From: Methanocellales archaeon
GTDB taxonomy: Archaea; Halobacteriota; JAWCLZ01
NCBI GenBank assembly: GCA_038850285.1
Contig: JAWCMA010000030.1
Coordinates: 1 to 14,058 of the forward strand
Direction: 5' to 3'
Length of the DNA: 14,058 nt
Positions 7,049-14,058 of the stretch are shown here, piece after piece. How positions within the stretch are numbered: position 1 is the stretch's first letter; each line of letters starts with the position of its first letter. The translations under genes and the position numbers were made by a program. The notes below the pieces were generated by a model. The model was not told the DNA's origin, made no database searches, and saw only the letters and a program-made list of their open reading frames with translations.

Positions 7049-8488
7049 TCAATAGCCAAATCTCAAGATCTTAGTCTCAAGGGTTTTCAAGTCAACGATT
7101 GAAGCGCGAGCTGGCATTGGGGTTAAATTCAATGCCCTCTGATACTCAGTTTGACTCTGCCATGTACCTGAGTTAACTAGCGTTACGCCTCGATATTTCA
7201 TACACCCCGCGGTATGCACGTGGCCGCAGTGTAAAATCTCAGGAACCATATTTATCACGAAGTGATCATTTTCCTCAGGCGCAATTAAAACTCTCCCGCC
7301 GTAAATTGGAGCTAGGTGCCTGCGCTTAAGCATCTCCACCATTAGCTTTTCAGGTTTATCATAACTCGCGTTTGGGAGAGCTGCTTTTAAATCATCAAGC
7401 GATCTACCGTGGTATATTAATATTCTCACGCCATGCAGCTCTATCAAGGCAGGATTGCCGATGAATTGTACATTCTTCATCTTGAAGGGCTTGGTATATT
7501 CCCTTCCAATCGCTGGCTGAGGCTCAGCTTGGCGAACTGCATCGTGATTGCCTGGGGAGATTATAATTTGAATATGAGAGGGCACTTCAGCTAGATATTC
7601 CGCTGCTTTTTCATACTGCTCATAGATATCCATTATACTTAATTCCCTCTCTTGATTTGGATATACACCTATGCCGTCAACTAAATCCCCTGCGATTAGT
7701 AAATATTTAATTCGCTCCGCTAGCTCTCTTTCCTCTTCCACTTTTAAATTAAGCCATTTTATAAAACTAAGCCAAGTCTCCTCTAGAAAAACACTGCTCC
7801 CAATGTGTATATCTGAAATGAGAGCAGCGCATATATTCTCACTTGCCACATTGGGTTCGTGATCCGTTGGAATATCGGGGTAGAAGATATCCTTCGCTAT
7901 GAGCAAGCCATTGTTATTGGTTAAAAAACCACTTACTCCTATTACTTCATCCAGTAGAATAGGCTGGGAAAATAGCTCTCTATCCTTAGATATAAGCACC
8001 GGGAAAACTCCAGTTCGGTCTTCAAGCTCAATTAATCTATGGCCATTTGAAGTGGTTCTAATGTCACTTACCATGCCAATTATAGCAACTTCGCCCTCGC
8101 TGCCTTTTTTGCTCTTTAAACTCTCAATAGGCCTTGCGTGGAGGCGCTTTCTTATCATATCGCTTAGCTTTTGATAGCGATCTTTGAAGTAAGTTACGAA
8201 TTCATGGAAGTCTCCAATGCAGGTTGACTTATTGGTGATATCCGAGAGAATTTTAAAGTCACGCTCGCCATACTTAGGCGGGACTTTTTTAACACGCTCC
8301 TCCGCAGCGATGGCTTTTTTAACATGCTCCTTTGAGATCACAAGTACACTACTATCGAGGGAATTCAAGACCTTTGCAATCAAATCCCCAACTTGCCCTT
8401 GATAAGTATTAAATAGATTGATCGCTTCAGGCTCTATGCAAAATCCGTGATTTGCGAATTCTCTCACGATATTCAACTTAACATCCAT
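7049..8488 (-). CDS. polB: DNA polymerase D small subunit DP1 (3'-5' proofreading exonuclease)
   Basis: OB fold (IIGMVSDIRTTSNGH..ELED) and calcineurin-like motifs SDIHIGS, AGDLVDGIGVYP, PGNHD, YHGRS, RRHLAP, HCGHVH, NSGTWQSQT. Confidence 0.96.
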   Translation of the reverse strand: MDVKLNIVREFANHGFCIEPEAINLFNTYQGQVGDLIAKVLNSLDSSVLVISKEHVKKAIAAEERVKKVPPKYGERDFKILSDITNKSTCIGDFHEFVTYFKDRYQKLSDMIRKRLHARPIESLKSKKGSEGEVAIIGMVSDIRTTSNGHRLIELEDRTGVFPVLISKDRELFSQPILLDEVIGVSGFLTNNNGLLIAKDIFYPDIPTDHEPNVASENICAALISDIHIGSSVFLEETWLSFIKWLNLKVEEERELAERIKYLLIAGDLVDGIGVYPNQERELSIMDIYEQYEKAAEYLAEVPSHIQIIISPGNHDAVRQAEPQPAIGREYTKPFKMKNVQFIGNPALIELHGVRILIYHGRSLDDLKAALPNASYDKPEKLMVEMLKRRHLAPIYGGRVLIAPEENDHFVINMVPEILHCGHVHTAGCMKYRGVTLVNSGTWQSQTEYQRALNLTPMPARASIVDLKTLETKILRFGY

Positions 8489-8600
8489 GCACCCTACCCT
8501 TTATAGAAGAATCTATGATGGAGATATAATTCTATCGGTGCAAAATCTTTTATATTGCAACATCATATTCTTTTAGGGTCTTGAATGAAAATGAATCAAA

Positions 8601-10148
8601 GTGCAGGTGGTAGTCTTTTATTCCACCAGTTTAATTAAGCGCCTTCCAGTTGAAAAAGTGCAGATTTTCGATACCACACTTAGAGATGGAGAGCAAACCC
8701 CAGGGGTCTCGCTTACAGTTGAGGAAAAACTTGCCATAGCTAAGCAGCTGGATAAACTTGGAGTGGATATAATTGAAGCCGGCTTCCCCATAACCTCCAA
8801 GGGGGAGAAAACCAGTGTTAAGAAAATTGCCTCAGCAGGGTTAAATGCCACGATATGCGGCTTAGCAAGGGTAACCCAGAGCGATATTCAAACTGCTCTT
8901 GACTGCGATGTAGATATGGTGCATATCTTCGTTTCAACCTCAGATATCCAGATTAAGCATACTATAAAGAAAACTAAAGAAGAAATCATTCAGCTTGCAG
9001 TTGAAGGCACTGAGATGGTGAAGAGCCACGGTAGAATATGTCTATTCTCAGCCATGGATGCAACTCGCACTGATTTAAATTTCCTGCTTGAGATAAATAA
9101 AGCAGTGGAAAAAGCAGGCGTGGACTGCATCAACATACCTGATACCGTTGGGGTTATGGTGCCCTCCGCCACCTATGAGCTTATCTCCAGAGTTAGAAAT
9201 GCAGTTAAAGTGCCAATTCACATCCACTGCCACAATGACTTTGGATTAGCAGTTGCCAATTCAATTGCAGCACTTGAAGCTGGAGCAAACTGCGTGCAGG
9301 TAACAATAAATCGCCTTGGAGAAAGAGCGGGCAATGCTGATCTAGCTGAAACAGTCATGACAATACATTCAATCTATGGAGCTAAAACGAATATCAAAAC
9401 TCAATATCTAGTGGAAACCTCAAAATTGGTGGAGCGTTTCACAGGCATTAAAATGCCTCCCAATACCCCTGTAGTTGGAGATAATGCTTTTTCCCATGAA
9501 AGCGGGATTCACACCCACGGGGTAATTCAAAGAGCAGAAACCTTTGAACCCGGGGTTATGACTCCTGAGATGGTTGGACATAGGCGGAGGATTGTTCACG
9601 GCAAACACGCTGGGAAGCACGGGGTTAAAAAAACTTTAAATGAAGCTGGAATATACCCAGATGAAGAGCAGCTCGCGGAAATTCTGGAGAGAATCAAGGA
9701 CTTGGGGGATAAGGGCAAGCGCGTTACAGAGGCAGATCTATTTGCAATTGCAGAAGGAGTAATGGGCAAAGTGGCGAGGGAAAAGCGCGCTTTTGTGCTC
9801 AAAGAAATCACAGTTATAACTGGCAATAAAATAACGCCCACCGCGAGTGTTAAAGCAGTTTTCAATGGAGAGGAAAAACTATCTGCTCGAACTGGAGTTG
9901 GACCTGTGGATGCAGCGCTTAATGCAGTGCAAAGCATACTAGGGGAGAAGGCAAAGATCAAGCTTCGGGATTTCAGCCTCGAAGCTATAACTGGCGGGAG
10001 CGATGCTCTCGCGGAGGTTATAGTTTCAGTTGAAGCTGAAAAAAGCGGCGTTGTTTCAGCGAGAGCAGCACGCGAGGACATAGTCATGGCCTCGGTTGAG
10101 GCACTTATAAGCGCGATAAATCGCTTAATGCTGCTTAAAAAGAAGTAA
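8601..10148 (+). CDS. leuA: 2-isopropylmalate synthase (LeuA/CimA family) with C-terminal allosteric domain
   Basis: [40 protein letters not shown] and GPVDA. LeuA versus citramalate synthase cannot be settled by eye, and the GTG start is uncertain. Confidence 0.8.
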   Translation: MQVVVFYSTSLIKRLPVEKVQIFDTTLRDGEQTPGVSLTVEEKLAIAKQLDKLGVDIIEAGFPITSKGEKTSVKKIASAGLNATICGLARVTQSDIQTALDCDVDMVHIFVSTSDIQIKHTIKKTKEEIIQLAVEGTEMVKSHGRICLFSAMDATRTDLNFLLEINKAVEKAGVDCINIPDTVGVMVPSATYELISRVRNAVKVPIHIHCHNDFGLAVANSIAALEAGANCVQVTINRLGERAGNADLAETVMTIHSIYGAKTNIKTQYLVETSKLVERFTGIKMPPNTPVVGDNAFSHESGIHTHGVIQRAETFEPGVMTPEMVGHRRRIVHGKHAGKHGVKKTLNEAGIYPDEEQLAEILERIKDLGDKGKRVTEADLFAIAEGVMGKVAREKRAFVLKEITVITGNKITPTASVKAVFNGEEKLSARTGVGPVDAALNAVQSILGEKAKIKLRDFSLEAITGGSDALAEVIVSVEAEKSGVVSARAAREDIVMASVEALISAINRLMLLKKK

Positions 10149-10214
10149 AAAATCTTTCACAAACTATTTGAACATTGCGAGTAAATTTAAAACTATTATT
10201 TGGAGAATATTCTC

Positions 10215-10745
10215 ATGCCCAAGGAGACCGTTGAGTCTTTGAAGAATAGGCTGGAGACCTTTCGCGCTAAACTCGTGCCTAAGAAAGAGAAAACTAGGAA
10301 GATAGGTTTGTTGGTAGACGGCCCCAATATGCTTCGCAAGGAATTTGCAATAGACCTTGAGGAAATTAGGGAGATTTTAAGGGAATATGGCAGCATTAAA
10401 GTGGGAAAGGTTTTCCTCAATCAATATGCCTCTGAAAAACTCGTGGAGGCAATTGAGAATCAAGGATTTGAAGCGGTTATTAGCTCTGGAGATGTGGATG
10501 TACGCCTCGCGATCGAGGCTACTGAGTTGATTTTCAACCCCAATATCGATACCATAGCACTTGTAACTAGAGATGCTGATTTCAAGCCAATATTGAGCAA
10601 GGCAATGCAGCATGGCAAGGAAACCATAATATTCGGCGCCGAGCCAGGCTTTTCAATCGCACTTAAAAACAGCGCAGATTATGTGATAATTTTAAATGAA
10701 GGGAAGCCACTTCCTCTTCCAACTCTTATGCAAAATGGTGAATGA
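10215..10745 (+). CDS. NYN-domain (LabA/DUF88, TIGR00288-like) protein
   Basis: [33 protein letters not shown]10215 follows GGAG; TTG10200 is the alternative start. Confidence 0.92.
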   Translation: MPKETVESLKNRLETFRAKLVPKKEKTRKIGLLVDGPNMLRKEFAIDLEEIREILREYGSIKVGKVFLNQYASEKLVEAIENQGFEAVISSGDVDVRLAIEATELIFNPNIDTIALVTRDADFKPILSKAMQHGKETIIFGAEPGFSIALKNSADYVIILNEGKPLPLPTLMQNGE

Positions 10746-10747
10746 AT

Positions 10748-11977
10748 TCAATAAAATGCTAGAATTGCACTTCCCATAATTATCGTGAGAACTGTAACTA
10801 CCACACCCACTTTTGCATATTCCCAGAAGCCAATCCAAATCCCAGTGCGCCTGCTAACTTCAACTACAATTAAATTTGCCACGCTACCAATTATGGTGAG
10901 ATTGCCTGAGAAGGTACTGCTCATTGCAAGAGTATACCAGAGTAAATCTCCCCTTGCAAGTTTCTCTGCAAAGGGCAGCATCATCATAACGAAGGGCACA
11001 TTGCTCACTAAATTTGAAACAGCGAGTGAAAAAATACTTAGACCAAGAATAAATGCAAATCCACTTAGCCTAAAGAGAGGGGAAAAGAACGCAAACATCT
11101 CATTGGTGAGCCCACTTTTCTCCACGCCGTGCATTACTATGAAGAGATTTGCGAAGAAAAGTAAAAGTGTCCAGTCCACGCGCTTAAAAGCACGAGCAGG
11201 TGGTTTACCGCTTAATATAAACATAAGTGCAGCGCCACTTGCTGCTACCACTGGAATAGATATATATTTCTCTCCAAATAAAAAGCCCATGAGCACTAGG
11301 AGGAGCACAGCAACAGCTTTTTTAAGCAAGCCTCTATCCAGCTTTGGCTCTGGAAGTTGAACTTCAATATGCTCAGTGAAAAGCTGCTTCCTATATAGTA
11401 GGGAGATAACTGCTATATTGATTAAAAGTCCAGCTATACCAATTGGAAGTAAATGGAGGAAGAAGTTTAAGAAGGATATTTTACTTTGCATACCAATTAG
11501 CATATTCTGGGGATTGCCAACTATTGTTACCACGCTGCCTATATTTGAAGAAGTAGCAAGGGCAATTAAATATGGTTGAGGCTTGAGCTTAGCTAGCTTA
11601 ATAACTCGAATTAAAATCGGGGTGTAGATTAAGCAAATGGTGTCATTGACGAAGAGGGCTGAGAGAAAGCCTGAGGAAAATACAATTAATATTAAAAGCT
11701 GAAGGGGATTTTTCGCTGCCTGCAAAATGCGCACCGCTATGAAGTCCAAAAAACCAGCTAGGGTGAGATATGCAACTATGATCATCATTCCAAGGAGTAA
11801 GATAATGGTATTATAGTCAACTGCTCTCACTGCTTCCTCAAAGCTGAGCACCCCCAGGAGAATCATAAGCACTGCGCCAACTGTTGAAGCAGCGGGTCTA
11901 TCTAGAGGTATCTTGGGGAAGCGCTGCATTGAGATGAAGATATAGGTGAGTAGAAAAATTGCAAGTGCAGTGTACAT
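10748..11977 (-). CDS. ArsB/NhaD-superfamily (IT) anion transporter
   Basis: LDRPAAS, VDYNTIILLLGMM, SALFVND, SNIGS..IVGNPQN, SNLVSNVP, GNLTIIGSVAN; GGGAGGG RBS. Confidence 0.92.
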   Translation of the reverse strand: MYTALAIFLLTYIFISMQRFPKIPLDRPAASTVGAVLMILLGVLSFEEAVRAVDYNTIILLLGMMIIVAYLTLAGFLDFIAVRILQAAKNPLQLLILIVFSSGFLSALFVNDTICLIYTPILIRVIKLAKLKPQPYLIALATSSNIGSVVTIVGNPQNMLIGMQSKISFLNFFLHLLPIGIAGLLINIAVISLLYRKQLFTEHIEVQLPEPKLDRGLLKKAVAVLLLVLMGFLFGEKYISIPVVAASGAALMFILSGKPPARAFKRVDWTLLLFFANLFIVMHGVEKSGLTNEMFAFFSPLFRLSGFAFILGLSIFSLAVSNLVSNVPFVMMMLPFAEKLARGDLLWYTLAMSSTFSGNLTIIGSVANLIVVEVSRRTGIWIGFWEYAKVGVVVTVLTIIMGSAILAFY

Positions 11978-12212
11978 CAAGAGATATCCCTCCCAAGTAA
12001 CAAGAAGGATACCTTATAAAACTATAGATATTTAAATTTGTGCTTAGTTGCTGTCAAACCTTGTGTTACCTAATGTTTAAGCAAATAGCTTTGGTACCGC
12101 TTGATTCTGCGCTCGCTCTCAGTCATAATTGACCTATCAATTTAACTTGAGTTAACGTTATAGCTATTATTCGCATTAATTTTAAGATAAAGAAGGATAA
12201 AACGGAATTTCA

Positions 12213-12668
12213 ATGGAAAAGAAATATAGCTCTCCGCCTTTTTTCATCGCAAGGCCAAAGGATCTTGGACTCGTAAGCATTCTCCATCTCCCCCTGCTCA
12301 TCTATGGCTTTGAAACGAAAGTGAGCCATACTGCTTCTGAGATAATCGCTACCACTAAAGAAGGCAGATATATAAAGCTAATCTACGATGCCACTCAAAA
12401 AGAAAAGCCGCTTATAGCAGTTTCCGGCGATGCTGAACTTATTGAGAAATTTGATAAATGGATAATGAACTATGTACCAAGTAGATTGAAATATGCAGCG
12501 GAAGTGAGGAAAAGAAGGATTGAAATAGCAGTGCAAAAGGAGAGGGAAAAAAGAGAGGCAGAGCTTGTGGAATTGATAGAGAAATCCGGGGGGAAGCTTA
12601 GAATTAGGGAGGTGATGGAGAAAATTGGTAAGAAGCAAATGAAGCTTAAATGGAAATTAACCAAGTAG
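12213..12668 (+). CDS. Hypothetical protein with a charged helical segment and a possibly incomplete C-terminal wHTH
   Basis: 151-aa ORF with plausible composition; no family recognised. Confidence 0.6.
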   Translation: MEKKYSSPPFFIARPKDLGLVSILHLPLLIYGFETKVSHTASEIIATTKEGRYIKLIYDATQKEKPLIAVSGDAELIEKFDKWIMNYVPSRLKYAAEVRKRRIEIAVQKEREKREAELVELIEKSGGKLRIREVMEKIGKKQMKLKWKLTK

Positions 12669-12688
12669 AAAGATTTATTTGCAAAAAA

Positions 12689-14058
12689 ATGCATTTTAGC
12701 ACGATGTTTGCATTATTAAAAGACTGCAACGCGAGAATTTCCTTCGCGGTGATAGGTATATTTCTAATTTTAATCTCCACCTTCATCTCAGCATTTTTAT
12801 TAAAAGTGGATTTAGAAAAAGCAAGCAGCTTGCTTGAAAGCGCGAAGCTCAGCGAAGTGGATGAAATCTATTTATATGCCAAAGCAGATCTCGCTCGAGC
12901 GTTGAACTACGCAGGGTTAAGAGCCCTTCGCCAAGCAGGTAAAACACCCTTGATTAACATCATTGATCACGCGCCAGATAAGCGCGCTAATGGCTCTCTA
13001 TTTCACCAATATGAGGTGAATATAAAAAGAGAATCATATTTACCCGGGGAGCTCTTGGAAATCGAAGTAAGCAAACCCACGAGTGCAGTGGTAATAGATG
13101 TCAAACTCCTGCTAATCGATGATAGCAATACCACAGTGGCAACTTGGAATATGAGCGATCTCTCCTGGGGGTGGTTAGGTAGCGAGGTTAAAACTCTCTA
13201 TTATCCCCTTCCAAATAATGCAAATGGCACTTGGACTGCTAAGATCCAAGGTCAAGATATCCAAGACACTGCTTACATAGGCGTTATTCTAGATCAAGAT
13301 GGTTGGATTAAGGAAATGACGCATCATAACTTCAAGAGCTTTTTAAAGGCAAATTACGCCAATGATAGCTATAAACGTGGAGATTATGCATTAAATGTTT
13401 ACCCCTGCGAGGACTGGAGGAAAACTAAGCTTAGGAGAATTGATATGCGCTTAGAGAGAGCCTTGAATGCACCTGATATACTTGGTTTGAAACCGCGCGA
13501 TAATTATGAGGTATACTACGAGGTTTCAATTCCAGTTGCACTATGCATAAAAGACCTGCGAAGCGATGAATTGATTTATACTCAAAATATCAATGTTAGC
13601 ACCTTAATTACCTCTCGCTATCTCCTATTAAAAGAACTCTGCGAGGAATATGAAAAACGCATCTCTGGCACGAGGCCTCTTATGATTGAGAGCACTAGTG
13701 CAGCAATGGCATATACTTGGGCAAGGGGATATCAACAATTCGCCAAGAGAGAACCTGTGAACATCGTAAACAACACCCATCTTGCATTAATAGTGAATGC
13801 CGCTACCCTTCTCGATCAAGGCTTTGTCTTCAACAGCGCAGACCCGATGAGTATAATTGAGCTGGTTTATTATAGCTATAAAAGTGCAAGTAAAAAAGAG
13901 GCTTTGAATAACACCACGCTCATCGATAGCAAATATCCCCATAATCCACAGGATGATGCCTATGAAAAAGCCGGCAATGGCTCGAGGGAAGCGGAAGAGG
14001 AATATGGCAGCTTTGCTATAAATGCAAGTGAAATAGCTCAAGCTATCTACGAGGAGAG
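12689..14058 (+). CDS. Large membrane-anchored or surface protein with a class III (pilin-like) signal peptide, DUF7286-like; 3'-partial
   Basis: The frame is open from ATG12689 (alternatives 12650, 12704) to the window end, at least 456 codons. It is absent from the ORF track because it has no stop. KDCNAR-ISFAVIGIFLILISTFISAFL, later ARGYQQF..NIVNNTHLALIVNAA.L..Q..VF..ADP; several N-x-S/T sequons. Confidence 0.8.
   Translation, partial: MHFSTMFALLKDCNARISFAVIGIFLILISTFISAFLLKVDLEKASSLLESAKLSEVDEIYLYAKADLARALNYAGLRALRQAGKTPLINIIDHAPDKRANGSLFHQYEVNIKRESYLPGELLEIEVSKPTSAVVIDVKLLLIDDSNTTVATWNMSDLSWGWLGSEVKTLYYPLPNNANGTWTAKIQGQDIQDTAYIGVILDQDGWIKEMTHHNFKSFLKANYANDSYKRGDYALNVYPCEDWRKTKLRRIDMRLERALNAPDILGLKPRDNYEVYYEVSIPVALCIKDLRSDELIYTQNINVSTLITSRYLLLKELCEEYEKRISGTRPLMIESTSAAMAYTWARGYQQFAKREPVNIVNNTHLALIVNAATLLDQGFVFNSADPMSIIELVYYSYKSASKKEALNNTTLIDSKYPHNPQDDAYEKAGNGSREAEEEYGSFAINASEIAQAIYEE

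Noticed and set aside
861-8488. Dedicated DNA-repair island (Ku, nuclease, Hef, DP1)
   Set aside because: The genes are on different strands and interrupted by transport genes, and Ku is only a relic; co-location is probably incidental.
8489-8600. Replication origin next to DP1
   Set aside because: No cdc6/orc1 gene and no ORB-like repeats seen; it looks like an ordinary divergent promoter region.
7671-14041. Remaining short antisense ORFs over DP1, leuA, NYN, the transporter, the hypothetical gene and 13787-14041
   Set aside because: They overlap well-supported genes on the opposite strand and have no motifs of their own.

Overview
Archaeal (euryarchaeal, Methanomicrobia/Halobacteriota-like by gene content) chromosomal window. 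The intact core comprises the Hef helicase-nuclease, a KhtU-like CPA2 antiporter with a KhtT-like TrkA-C subunit, PolD small subunit DP1, a LeuA/CimA-family synthase, a NYN-domain protein, an ArsB/NhaD-type transporter, a hypothetical protein and the 5' part of a large pilin-like-signal protein that runs off the window. Two disturbed regions stand out. (1) 1-1790: a decayed IS5-family transposase is fused to an internal fragment of a Ku gene. It is followed by a cassette-like unit: a HYExAFE-type PD-(D/E)XK nuclease gene with its own promoter and a structured leader, bounded by two 27-bp direct repeats (21/27 identical) that resemble tyrosine-recombinase (Xer/dif- or att-like) sites. (2) 5616-7009: a CBS-domain gene is split into halves on opposite strands and is rejoined in frame by flipping 234 bp between a 6-bp inverted repeat. 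The neighbouring khtT-like gene can likewise be flipped between a 5-bp inverted repeat to give a tight khtT-khtU operon junction. All family calls come from motif recognition only; no searches were run.
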